Below, piece after piece: positions 1-9,750 of a DNA stretch of 64,000 nt. This DNA is from a virus (lineage: Duplodnaviria > Caudoviricetes), in IMG/VR virus record IMGVR_UViG_3300031992_004562, positions 1 to 64,000 of that record; one strand, 5' to 3'. The number at the start of each line of letters is the position of its first letter. The first letter of the stretch is position 1. The translations under genes and the position numbers were made by a program. The notes beneath the pieces were generated by a model that did not search any database, was not told where the DNA came from, and saw only the letters and a list, made by a program, of their open reading frames with translations.

Positions 1-195
1 ACTGAATTTAGAGAGTTATATCTTAAGTCATTGGAAGAATTTGAGTTATAGCCAATTTATAAAGATTTGATTGAACTATATTATGAATTCAAAAAGTCTA
101 AACTTAAGTATAGACTTTCTATAGATTAGTTTAATCTATAGTTTTCTAGTTTAAATTCATCTAAGTCTAACGTTAGTGCATTTATATTTTCTTGA
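1..195 (+). CDS. tnpB: C-terminal end of a TnpB-like RuvC nuclease (5'-truncated by window edge; paralog of 18023..19417)
   Basis: With TAG=Q, frame 1 reads TEFRELYLKSLEEFELQPIYKDLIELYYEFKKSKLKYRLSIDQFNLQFSSL..., matching the C-terminus of 18023..19417 (LYLKSLEEFNLQPNYKDLIELY...YRLSIDQFNLQFSSL). Ends at TGA 193-195. Confidence 0.85.
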
Positions 196-367
196 AGCTT
201 TTGTTCTAAAAGTTATATAATTATATAAATGTTAATAATTTAAACACCTAAAACAAACTTTTTATGATAAATTAGAAGAATATTCAAAGCTTAAAAAGGA
301 TTGGATTTCTGGTGGTAAACCAATTCATAAAGATATTATTGAAACTTCTAAGATAATAATTGATAGA

Positions 368-598
368 ATGGAAAATCTTGAACATTGGAATATTGCACCA
401 TTTATTAATGGTTCGATTCTTATGGATTATAGATATGCAAAAAATCATGGTTGTATTAATATTGCACAAAAAGGTGTTTCATGTTATGTGGTAGATAATA
501 ACTATAAAACATTTCAAAAAAATTTTGGTAAAAATAAAGAAAAAGTTATTAATGAACTAATTGATTTTATAAATTTATCATGGCAACAATAGTATTAA
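368..598 (+). CDS. hypothetical phage protein (true start may lie upstream)
   Basis: ORF-track 368..592 plus TAG-TAT-TAA. The frame is open upstream to 239 (FYDKLEEYSKLKKDWISGGKPI) without an ATG. Confidence 0.6.
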
Positions 599-707
599 AC
601 GAATTATCATTCCAACCGCATTGTTTGACTTTTCATAGAAATCCATTAAAAAAGCTCCTAAACAAAAATGGACACTTTGGAATGGATATGTTGATGATGG
701 TTTTGAT

Positions 708-1445
708 ATGATTGAAGAACAACGTGAAGGTTATATGAGAGAACTTCATGATTGTATGCTTTTGCACTTCAGAGAGAAGCCTACAGACCCATATCATCTC
801 AAATATTTATGGAACTATCATACAACACCTGAGGAAGTATATAAATTCTTTGGGTATGACATTCACGACCTCAAAGGACCTATTTACATTGAGAATGTTG
901 ATCCTTGGTTGTGTTTCACGGAAGATAATGAGTTAGTACTTTATTTTGGTGAAGACAAACCTGTTTTGAAAACAAAGTCTTCAAAGATATTCACAAAACA
1001 TGCAAAAATCTGGGCAAGACATTGTACATGGACAAGTGGTGTTAATGAATACAAATACTGGGATGTAAAGGACAAATCAAAATTGTTATTTTGTGGGCAA
1101 TCAACAATTAACAGAGTATTCCCTGAATTTGATTGGAAGAACATAGATCCTTATGGGAAATGTATTCGTTACATTGAACTTGGTGTATTTAGAGCATCTG
1201 ATCCATATGATTATTCAGATGAAGAGAAAGCCGAAATTTTAAGAAAGAAAGCCGAGGCAGAAGAACGCCATCGTCAATATCTTGAAGAACTAGAAAGACG
1301 TAAAAACACACCAGGATTTTGCTGCAGATGTGGGTGTGAAGGGGCATCTTATGTAGAAGACCCATATGATGCAGATATTTATGGAGTATCAAACTATAGG
1401 TGGTTATGCAGTAGGTGTTATGAAGATATTGCAGGTGATATTTAA
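708..1445 (+). CDS. hypothetical protein with C-terminal Cys (Zn-ribbon-like) motif
   Basis: 245-aa ORF; CCRCGC...LCSRC at the C-terminus. Confidence 0.7.
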   Translation: MIEEQREGYMRELHDCMLLHFREKPTDPYHLKYLWNYHTTPEEVYKFFGYDIHDLKGPIYIENVDPWLCFTEDNELVLYFGEDKPVLKTKSSKIFTKHAKIWARHCTWTSGVNEYKYWDVKDKSKLLFCGQSTINRVFPEFDWKNIDPYGKCIRYIELGVFRASDPYDYSDEEKAEILRKKAEAEERHRQYLEELERRKNTPGFCCRCGCEGASYVEDPYDADIYGVSNYRWLCSRCYEDIAGDI

Positions 1446-1483
1446 CTTCTATTTTTTAGTTTAAGAAAAAAGTATTAATTTTG
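1444..1483 (+). promoter_or_regulatory. early (host sigma-type) promoter: AACTTCTATTTTTT...TAnnTTTG
   Basis: 40-nt fixed-spacing motif recurring at 1444, 1762, 3007, 5525, 27472, 27575 and 51634; the 3' part matches the Bacteroidota -7 element TAnnTTTG. Confidence 0.85.
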
Positions 1484-1512
1484 CATCATAATAAAATAAA
1501 AAATATATTTGT

Positions 1513-1746
1513 ATGGAAAAACAATTTATTTTAGCATATAAAGATGCTGATGGAAAAGATTTTAATGGGTTTCCTTGGTTAGAAAATTTTGGAAATGATA
1601 TTAATGATTTGAAATCATTTTTGAAAAACTGTAAACATATTACAAATCCTATAGTTTTTCAATGTACTGAGGAAGAATTGCCAGAATGGGTATCATGGGA
1701 ATTTGTAAATGAACATAAAATTGAATTAGATGAAATTTTGAAATAA
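1513..1746 (+). CDS. hypothetical early protein
   Basis: 77-aa TAG-free ORF after an early promoter. Confidence 0.7.
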   Translation: MEKQFILAYKDADGKDFNGFPWLENFGNDINDLKSFLKNCKHITNPIVFQCTEEELPEWVSWEFVNEHKIELDEILK

Positions 1747-1761
1747 TAAATGTTCTAATTA

Positions 1762-1801
1762 AACTTCTATTTTTTAATTTAAATGCAAAGTATTATTTTT
1801 G
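1762..1801 (+). promoter_or_regulatory. early promoter (same motif)
   Basis: aacttctatttttt-aatttaaatgcaaagtat-tatttttg. Confidence 0.85.
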
Positions 1802-1816
1802 TATCGTTAATTTAAA

Positions 1817-2956
1817 ATGAGTAATATGAAAACATCACACATCAATCATTTAGTACTTTATGCAAAGAATTTTTACCGTCATACTGGTAATGTTATTAAG
1901 GATTGTCAACGATTCATGCAAATGGATGGGCATCCTTGGAAAAAGATTAATACTCCAGAGAAAGTTTGGAATGTAATGCGTAAAGATTTTTTGGAGTGGG
2001 CAGAATCTATTCCAAAAGATAATTATGACTCTCATCTTGTAAATGATGCAGATAGTGTTGTTGCATGGGCAAATGGTGTAGAAGCACATATTTATCATAT
2101 TCTTATTGTATATGAAATTTATATTCCAATGACAGGTGCGCAACTTGGATATCCTAAATATGATCAATATCATATGCCTCAATTTGGTGTTCGTGAAAAT
2201 CTATTTGATCCTAATGGAACGTTTGAGGATTGGAATAAAGCTGCAAAAGATTTTCTTGATACATCTCTTGAAGATCGTTGTGATGAATATATGAATCAAC
2301 TTATGGACAAATATCCATTTGAAGATTTGGCTAAAATCTATAATGCTCTTCATGATGAAGTTACAGAAGATCAACTTAAAGATGAGCTTTGGAATCTTTA
2401 TACTGAGTTCATGGATGAAAATACAGTAGGTGATGGTACTGTTACACTTGGAAATTTTACAAAATATTCTGAACACTTTATCCTAGATATTCGTACAAAA
2501 GCAAGTGCCCCTGGTTTTGATGTACATGCAATATTTACAAAGGCAACATATACTGTTCCTGGTGAATGCACAAAGGAAAACCTGGAAAAATTATATGATA
2601 TGGCAATTCATGATGAACAATTTATTTGGGATCGTATTGAAATTTCCAAAAAGATCAATGAACTTTTCCCGGATAATTATGATTATACATTTAATGAAAA
2701 CCAATTGGATTATGGTTGGATTCAGGATATAATTGTAGAACATAAAAATAATATGGTTAACAATGAACATGGCGGATTTGATTATTTGCTCAAAAATAAA
2801 CATACGTGTGGTGGTTCTGGATATTTTGAGTTGAATACTGAAATTAAAGATGATCATATAAAACTTACAGTAATTTTCCATGCAATATTTGCATGTACTG
2901 CAATGGAACGTAAACTTTGGAATCCAGGAGTATGCATAGATGACAAAAAATATTAA
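1817..2956 (+). CDS. hypothetical early protein
   Basis: 379-aa TAG-free ORF. Confidence 0.8.
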   Translation: MSNMKTSHINHLVLYAKNFYRHTGNVIKDCQRFMQMDGHPWKKINTPEKVWNVMRKDFLEWAESIPKDNYDSHLVNDADSVVAWANGVEAHIYHILIVYEIYIPMTGAQLGYPKYDQYHMPQFGVRENLFDPNGTFEDWNKAAKDFLDTSLEDRCDEYMNQLMDKYPFEDLAKIYNALHDEVTEDQLKDELWNLYTEFMDENTVGDGTVTLGNFTKYSEHFILDIRTKASAPGFDVHAIFTKATYTVPGECTKENLEKLYDMAIHDEQFIWDRIEISKKINELFPDNYDYTFNENQLDYGWIQDIIVEHKNNMVNNEHGGFDYLLKNKHTCGGSGYFELNTEIKDDHIKLTVIFHAIFACTAMERKLWNPGVCIDDKKY

Positions 2957-3006
2957 ATCTCAATTTTTAAATTAACATTTTTTGATAGAAGCTAAATGAA
3001 AATTTT

Positions 3007-3046
3007 AGCTTCTATTTTTTAGTTTAGATAAAAAGTATTATTTTTG
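3007..3046 (+). promoter_or_regulatory. early promoter (same motif)
   Basis: agcttctatttttt-agtttagataaaaagtat-tatttttg; the downstream tatcgttaatttaaaa is shared with the 1762 copy. Confidence 0.85.
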
Positions 3047-3073
3047 TATCGTTAATTTAAAAAGGAAGGAATT

Positions 3074-3664
3074 ATGCCAGTAGTTAAAACTTTAGGTGAG
3101 CAACAGTTATTTACAGAGAAACAGCTTAAGAGCTTGGATCAAACCCAAGAAACTCGTAAATATGCAATCCCATTAGAGATTGATATTTATGGTGATATTC
3201 TTATTCATCATTTTTGGCCTCAATCTATGTTTGAGACTGTACGTGCTCGTTATCTTCAAGAGACGTTTAGTTTAATGAATCTTAAATTCCACGAAGACAA
3301 TATCAATATTGAGTGTGGTAACTGTCTTGAAAAAACTGCATTAATATTTGATTTGTCAATGACAGATGAAAGCAGCAAACTTTTTAAAGAGTTATTGTAC
3401 AATGTTGCACGTTATACCAAGACTTCTCATTATCCTGCAATTGGCATTGTAGAAGTTCCTATAGGAACAAAATACATTCCTGTTAAAGATGTAGCAGGAA
3501 CTGTAATGGTAGTTGATAGTGATATCAAATTAACCAATATCATTTGTGGATTTAGCAATGATGAAAAGTTTTTTGAGAATTTTGAGTTTACTGGTTATGA
3601 CCAAGATAATGTAGAAAAACTTCCACAAGTTACTAAGCTTCCTCTTAACTATAATATGTACTAA
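3074..3664 (+). CDS. hypothetical early protein
   Basis: 196-aa TAG-free ORF. Confidence 0.75.
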   Translation: MPVVKTLGEQQLFTEKQLKSLDQTQETRKYAIPLEIDIYGDILIHHFWPQSMFETVRARYLQETFSLMNLKFHEDNINIECGNCLEKTALIFDLSMTDESSKLFKELLYNVARYTKTSHYPAIGIVEVPIGTKYIPVKDVAGTVMVVDSDIKLTNIICGFSNDEKFFENFEFTGYDQDNVEKLPQVTKLPLNYNMY

Positions 3665-3762
3665 AATTTTTCATTTTCATAATAAATTTTTAAATTAAAC
3701 TTTTAAATTAAACAATAAATTAATTGATAAAGGACTGTCGAGAGATAGACCTTTATTTTTTG

Positions 3763-3789
3763 AAACTTTATCATTTTTTGAATTATAAT
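3763..3789 (+). promoter_or_regulatory. putative middle promoter AAAC-N17-TATAAT
   Basis: Motif recurs about 12 times upstream of DNA-metabolism and other mostly TAG-free genes. Confidence 0.75.
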
Positions 3790-3818
3790 AATTGAATTGT
3801 TAAAAATATTTTAAAACT

Positions 3819-4274
3819 ATGGAATTAAATAAAGATTATAAACAAATTTTTCTACATGGTAATTCTGACTATAATCTATTAAAGGATAAAGTGGTAGATA
3901 AAGTTGCATTTACTAATACTGGTGATTATGACACACACATGTGTATTATTACATTTACAGATAAAACATTTATAGCGTTAGGTGTCATATATAATGATTT
4001 AGAAAATTACAAAGATGAACCAAAATTAAGTAATGAATTCATCATTCCACCACAAAATTGGAATAGTGGGAATTTTAGACTTTATATGCATGTAGATAGC
4101 AATAATAAAATTATATATAAACCATATATTCAGATTTTAAAAGATTTTAATATCTGGCAATTTACTGATGAAGAAGAACTGGCTATTATTGAAAAGCATA
4201 AAAAAGACAAGGAAGATTATGAATATAAAGAATATCTCCGGCTAAAAGAAAAATTTGAAAATAAAAACAAATAA
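3819..4274 (+). CDS. hypothetical protein
   Basis: 151-aa ORF. Confidence 0.75.
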   Translation: MELNKDYKQIFLHGNSDYNLLKDKVVDKVAFTNTGDYDTHMCIITFTDKTFIALGVIYNDLENYKDEPKLSNEFIIPPQNWNSGNFRLYMHVDSNNKIIYKPYIQILKDFNIWQFTDEEELAIIEKHKKDKEDYEYKEYLRLKEKFENKNK

Positions 4275-4276
4275 CT

Positions 4277-5056
4277 ATGAAAATTATAAGTTATAACATA
4301 AATGGACTTAATTCTTTTGTTACTAAAAATAAAATTATTGAGCTATTTAATGAACATAACGCTGATGTATATTGTTTTCAAGAAGTTAGAGCAAATGATT
4401 TAAAAATTAAAGATCTTCTTGCACCATATCTTAATGATTATACTTATGTTACATCATTAAACAATGTTAAAAAGGGATATGCTGGTGTAATGACATTAAT
4501 GAAAAATGATATCTACAAACAATCACTTGATGTAGAAGAAAATGTATTTAGTTATAATGGTGATTTAACATATACATCTGGACGTATAATTAATGTTGAA
4601 TTTAAAGATTTTTATTTAATAAATGTTTATGTTGTAAACTCTGGAAACAAAATTGAAATCCGTAAAGATTTTGATAATCAATTTAGAGAATATTTAAAAA
4701 CATTATCTAAACCATATATTGTATGTGGTGACTTTAATGTATGTGCAACAGAACTTGACTATTGGGGAGATTATAAAAAAGCTATTAATACAATGCCAGG
4801 CTTAATGGATTTTGAAATTGATGGTTTTTCTAAGTTATTAAATGAATGCAAACTTACTGATACATTTAGAATGTTATGTAATAATGAACGTAAATATTCG
4901 TGGTTCTCACCAATGGGAGGAGCTCTTGATAAAGGACATGGTTGGAGAATAGATTATTTCTTATGTTCAGAAGATATGAAAGATAAGATTAAATCGGCAG
5001 AAATTTTTGAAGGCTATCAAGGTGCAGATCATTCACCTATAGAATTAGTTTTATAA
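4277..5056 (+). CDS. xth: exodeoxyribonuclease III / AP endonuclease
   Basis: MKIISYNING, CFQEV, GYAGV, CGDFN, YSWFS, GWRIDYFL and DHSP motifs of the ExoIII/APE1 family. Confidence 0.95.
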   Translation: MKIISYNINGLNSFVTKNKIIELFNEHNADVYCFQEVRANDLKIKDLLAPYLNDYTYVTSLNNVKKGYAGVMTLMKNDIYKQSLDVEENVFSYNGDLTYTSGRIINVEFKDFYLINVYVVNSGNKIEIRKDFDNQFREYLKTLSKPYIVCGDFNVCATELDYWGDYKKAINTMPGLMDFEIDGFSKLLNECKLTDTFRMLCNNERKYSWFSPMGGALDKGHGWRIDYFLCSEDMKDKIKSAEIFEGYQGADHSPIELVL

Positions 5057-5073
5057 AAATAAATTTAGAAATT

Positions 5074-5526
5074 ATGGGATGTTATTGGAAAAGCGATACA
5101 GCTGATATTACAGTTGCGGGTGAAGAAGTAATTAATGATATTTCAACAAAAGCTCTTGAATTAGAATTGGAAGATCGTAAAGAACTTCAACGCACAGACC
5201 CAGAAGAATTTAAAAAACAAGAAAGAAATAGAGATGGTTTAGCAACAGTAACTATTGAATTAGATGATTATAATCTAATAAATAAAGATGATGTAGATCC
5301 AGATTTTTTCGCTGATGAAGATTTAATCGAATTTTTAGAAACACATAGAAGTTATGCAGTTTTTTATAAAGGCGCAGTTGGAACATCTGATGCTGATAGT
5401 GTATGTACATATTTAATGGATTTGCCAAAATATAAGCTTAAAGAGTTTATGTGTGATACACTTGGATTAAATCATTTTGCAACAACTGATGATATTATAA
5501 ATGAACTAAAAATGAGATTAAATTAA
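5074..5526 (+). CDS. hypothetical protein
   Basis: 150-aa ORF. Confidence 0.75.
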   Translation: MGCYWKSDTADITVAGEEVINDISTKALELELEDRKELQRTDPEEFKKQERNRDGLATVTIELDDYNLINKDDVDPDFFADEDLIEFLETHRSYAVFYKGAVGTSDADSVCTYLMDLPKYKLKEFMCDTLGLNHFATTDDIINELKMRLN

Positions 5527-5564
5527 CTTCTATTTTTTGATTTAAATAATTTGTATTAATTTTG
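5525..5564 (+). promoter_or_regulatory. early promoter (same motif)
   Basis: aacttctatttttt-gatttaaataatttgtat-taattttg. Confidence 0.85.
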
Positions 5565-5587
5565 CACAAACTTTAAAATATAAAGTT

Positions 5588-6124
5588 ATGAAAGAAAATT
5601 ATTCAGATCCAAGATTATCGGCTATTAACCAAATTTTATGGGATGGCGGGTCAAAAGAATTTGAAATTAAAATCATTGATGATAAAATTATCATTAATGG
5701 TGATATATCAATTTCTCATAAATGTGGTGAACTTCCATATAAAATTTATGAGGTTTATGGTAATGTAATTATTGATAATTGCAAAGAGCCTCCACGTTAT
5801 GGTGTTTTAAAAAGTCTTAAGAATTTTCCAACAAAAATTCACGGCAGCTTTATATGCAAAATGAATCCTGATTTAGTATCATTGGAAGGCGGGCCTGAAA
5901 TTGTAGATAAAGATTTTCATTGTGTTGGGTGTGGTTTAAAAAGCATTGAGCATTTGCCAAAATTCATTGGTGGAAATCTTCTTCTATTTAATAATGATAT
6001 TAAAGACTTAACACCTATTCTTAATAGCAAAATACATGGAACAATTGATGCACAATTTAATCCATGTGAATCAACTGAATTATATGCTAAACTATTAAAT
6101 GAACATAAATTGTCTGTAATTTAA
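5588..6124 (+). CDS. phage LRR-like repeat protein
   Basis: Repeats LKSLKNFP..I.GSF.C / LVSLEGGP..V..DF.C / LKSIEHLP..I.GNL. Confidence 0.7.
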   Translation: MKENYSDPRLSAINQILWDGGSKEFEIKIIDDKIIINGDISISHKCGELPYKIYEVYGNVIIDNCKEPPRYGVLKSLKNFPTKIHGSFICKMNPDLVSLEGGPEIVDKDFHCVGCGLKSIEHLPKFIGGNLLLFNNDIKDLTPILNSKIHGTIDAQFNPCESTELYAKLLNEHKLSVI

Positions 6125-6292
6125 AATAAATATTTTGATATTTAATTTAATATGATCAATTACCGTATCAGATAAAATATTTTAAGTATACGCTAAATCA
6201 TATATTTAATTATCACACGATAGCAAATGGAATGTACCGGTCTCCTTTGCTATCGTTTTTATAATAAATAATAAAATAATAGTTTAATTATA

Positions 6293-6910
6293 ATGTTTTA
6301 GTTTGATAAAGAATATAAATTATATAATTTAGCAGAAGCATTATCTCTCGAGGACTATGATGATATAGAAGAACCAGTCGTTGATAAACATAATGATATA
6401 TCATCAGATATTATAGATATTAATCCATTTGATGATTTCGCTAAATTAAGATTAATTGGAAATAATGATACGCCATTATCACCAATGGAATAGATATTAG
6501 TTAAAAATGTTAATAATGATTCTAAAGGTGAATATGATGCATTAGTGTCAGTTTCAGATGAAGCTGAATTAGTTAGTGTTCTTCAACATGGCGTAAAATA
6601 TTTCGGTTATGATGGAAACTATAATTGGATTGACACATCAAGAGTTAAAAAATTCGTTAATTTATTTGCACTTGCATTTGGTAATGATGTATCTAAATTT
6701 AATGGAGATATATCTAAATGGGATGTATCAAGTGTAACTAATATGATGTATACATTTAAAGGCTGTCAATCATTGACATGTGATATTTCAAATTGGAATA
6801 CTAAAAATGTTAAATTCTGGTCAAGTGCATCATTTGCAGAAACAAATTCAACATTTATGAAAATATGTAGACAATTGAAATTTCCAAATAAAACACTTAG
6901 AACATTATAA
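6293..6910 (+). CDS. DUF285/BspA-like repeat protein with acidic N-terminal leader (TAG-recoded, 205 aa)
   Basis: ATG 6293, TAG at codon 3 and once more, in frame with 6545..6910; FNGDISKWDVSSVTNMMYTF and DISNWNTKNV repeats. Confidence 0.8.
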
Positions 6911-6924
6911 AATAAAATCCAGAA

Positions 6925-7761
6925 TCATTTATAGATTCTGGATTTTTTATATGCAAATTCAATTATATTATCTAATAGTTTACTATTATATTCAAACCCC
7001 TGTTTATGTATTAAAAAGTTTGTTCCATTTTCATTTGGTTCTCGTAAAAATTGGCAAATATAAACATCTATATTTTCTGGAGAAGCAATTTCATAAACTT
7101 CTGATAATGCCTTTTTATACATTTGAACTTGAACAGTATATGAATTTAAATCACATGCATCTTTATCATATAGTGGGCCAAACATTTTTTCCCATTTATT
7201 TTCTCTACTAAGTTCACCATTAGTTTTCCAATCTACAACTAAATACTTATTTAATTTTGGAGAATAGAATAAACAATCAAATCTTCCATTAATCCATTCA
7301 TCTGTTTTATTAGATTTAATGAACATTTTTTCTTCTCTACAAACATATTCATAATCTGTTTTTTCTGTTATAATTTTATAAAATTGATCAAAGCCTTCAC
7401 ATAAAGCATGAATTCTTGGGTCATAATCATAATTATTATCAAGTTTCCATGATTCAATGTCTTCTGGTTCATTCAAACATGTTCCAATATAACTATCCAT
7501 TAAAGACCCATACATTCTTGATTCTGCAGCTTTATTTTCCCAAGATTCAATTATTTGGTTTACTTCCATTTTATAATATTTTGATTCTGGATCATTAAAA
7601 CCTTTATCATAACATTTCTTAGCAACACCTTCTCTATCAAATTCTTTATGCATGTAATCAATAACTTTTGACACAGACAATGTTTTTGTTTTTAAAGATG
7701 CTTCTATTTCTTTATTTTTTTCTTTTATTTTAACTTTAATATCATTCATATATAAAAACAT
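6925..7761 (-). CDS. PD-(D/E)XK exonuclease (RecB/Cas4-like phage exonuclease)
   Basis: GRFDCLF...VVDWKT...QVQMY motifs. Start at 7761 or 7749, because a middle-type promoter lies at 7772-7799. Confidence 0.8.
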   Translation of the reverse strand: MFLYMNDIKVKIKEKNKEIEASLKTKTLSVSKVIDYMHKEFDREGVAKKCYDKGFNDPESKYYKMEVNQIIESWENKAAESRMYGSLMDSYIGTCLNEPEDIESWKLDNNYDYDPRIHALCEGFDQFYKIITEKTDYEYVCREEKMFIKSNKTDEWINGRFDCLFYSPKLNKYLVVDWKTNGELSRENKWEKMFGPLYDKDACDLNSYTVQVQMYKKALSEVYEIASPENIDVYICQFLREPNENGTNFLIHKQGFEYNSKLLDNIIEFAYKKSRIYK

Positions 7762-7835
7762 ATCTTTATATATTTTATAGAAAAACATTGGCATTGTTTA
7801 ATTAATATAATAAATATAAAAATTAATGAAATAAT

Positions 7836-8240
7836 ATGGTAGAATATAGACAAAAAAATTTAGATGAACTTATATTTGATGGTCAAGATTTAACAGATTC
7901 TATTTTTGATAGATGTAATTTATTTCATTGTTCATTTAAAAATTGTATAATGAATAATGTAACAATTGATAGATGTAATTGTATAGAATGTAATTGGGAG
8001 GGTGTTAATAAAGATGCTATTAATTTTATTTGTTCTAATATTATTGATAAAGAACCAGAAGAACAACGTAAAATTAGAGAATTAATGAAATCAAGAAGAA
8101 AATAGATTGAAAACACATCAGAACAAGAACAAACTGAAGATATTATAGAATCAGAAATTGTTGAAGAATAGGCTGAATAGCCAGAAGCAATTGAAGAAAT
8201 AGAAATTGTTGAAGAATCAACAGAAAAACCTGAAGAATAA
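7836..8240 (+). CDS. pentapeptide-repeat protein with acidic tail (TAG-recoded)
   Basis: FDGQDLTDSIFDRCNLFHCSFKNCIMNNVTIDRCN; reading through 3 TAGs gives a Glu-rich tail ending at TAA 8238-8240. Confidence 0.75.
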
Positions 8241-8260
8241 AAAATTAATTTAGTAAAATT

Positions 8261-9037
8261 ATGAGTGAAAGACATCCATATTCATTAATTGGTATAGATG
8301 GAAATGCATTTTCAATAATGGCATATACCACTAATGCTATGAGGCAATGTGGATATTCAAGAGATGCAATATAGTGTTATAAAGATGAAGCAATGTCTGG
8401 TGATTATGACCATTTATTAAGCACATCTTGTATAATGGTTGATAATTGTAACAAATTAAGTGGATTTGATGAATTTCAACAATTAATGAAAGGCCACGAT
8501 GATTTAGATTATGTAGATTATCCACATTGTGGTACATAGAATAGAACAGAACAATTAATTGATGAATCATTTGATCCATTTGACCCATGGGGAGATTTTG
8601 ATGATGAAGAAAAATCTTCTGATTTAGATTTTGATGATAAAGAGGATAATTCAGATGATGAATATTATCAAAGTAATGATTATTCGCAATTATATAGTGC
8701 AGTTACCTCATCTGTTAGATTTGTTTTAAATAATCATATTGGTTATGAAGATGAATTTAAAAAGGGTGATGTTAAATAGGCATTATTGGATATATTAAAT
8801 GATAAAGATTTTTGGTATGATTTAGATTAGGAAATTCCTGATAAAAGATTAAATGAAGACTTAGGCCCAATTTCTGATTATCTTAAATATGATATTCAAT
8901 CAATTTTAATATAGAAATTAAATGATATATTGGAAGATGGTGTTAAATTTTCAAAATATGATTTAAAACACGCATTCTTACAATTAATTAATAGTTATTA
9001 GTTTTGGAATAGTTTAGACAAATATGTAGAAGAATAA
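8261..9037 (+). CDS. hypothetical protein (TAG-recoded, 258 aa; absent from ORF track)
   Basis: MSERHPYSLIGIDGNAFSIMAY...EAMSGDYDHLL, a common phage motif; open to TAA 9035-9037 with TAG=Q. Confidence 0.8.
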
Positions 9038-9067
9038 GAAGAGACTTTTAAATCTCTTCTTATTCTT

Positions 9068-9748
9068 TTAAATACGTACTTGATCTATTCCAGATATTTT
9101 CTAAATAGCTTTCAAAGTATCACCTTTATCAAATGAATCATAATTTAAAAATGGAATATATTTCCACTACCAAGGCTCAATTAATCTAATATCTTTTATA
9201 TTAGCAATTGCGTAATTTCTAAATATACATTTATAATCTATTCCAGAATATGCACGCTCAAGTTCTTTAATTATTTTTTCTTCTGGGTTTCCATTAGATA
9301 AAAATGTGTAAACCTTTTCAGACATTGGTGCAATTTTATTAAATGCCATTTTCTATGCTCTTCCTTCAAAATAAAAATCTTCATCCATATTCATTATCAT
9401 ATTAAGAATAAAGGTTTTAAGTGCTTTATTACAAAAATTTAAATTGATTCCTTTAATTGTTGAAGAAGTTTCACCTATCATTAATATAACTGGTAAAGAA
9501 TCTGCAAAATAAATTTCTTCACCTTTATATGAATATTTTGTTGGATTCTTTGCAGAATATGTAAATATATACATATTTCCTCTATATAATTTACCATTAA
9601 ACAATGATTCAGAATCATATGAGTCCAAGCCTTCAAGCTTTTCATTCTATCTTTTTCCTTGTGCCATTAAAGATCTGATAATAGCATTTTCTGCATCATC
9701 CTTTTTAATGTCTCTAGTATTCTTTATTAAATTTATAAATGTATCCAT
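9068..9748 (-). CDS. T4 gp2-like DNA end protector (TAG-recoded, 226 aa)
   Basis: Fuses 9353..9628 and 9167..9349; GNMYIFTYSAK...LPVI...GINLNF...IEPWQW resembles gp2 GRIYAFAYDAK...FPLI...GLNLHY...IAPKDW. Confidence 0.7.
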
Positions 9749-9750
9749 AA

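Noticed and set aside
6925-7761. CRISPR Cas4
   Set aside because: No Fe-S cysteine pattern or CRISPR context; a generic phage PD-(D/E)XK exonuclease.
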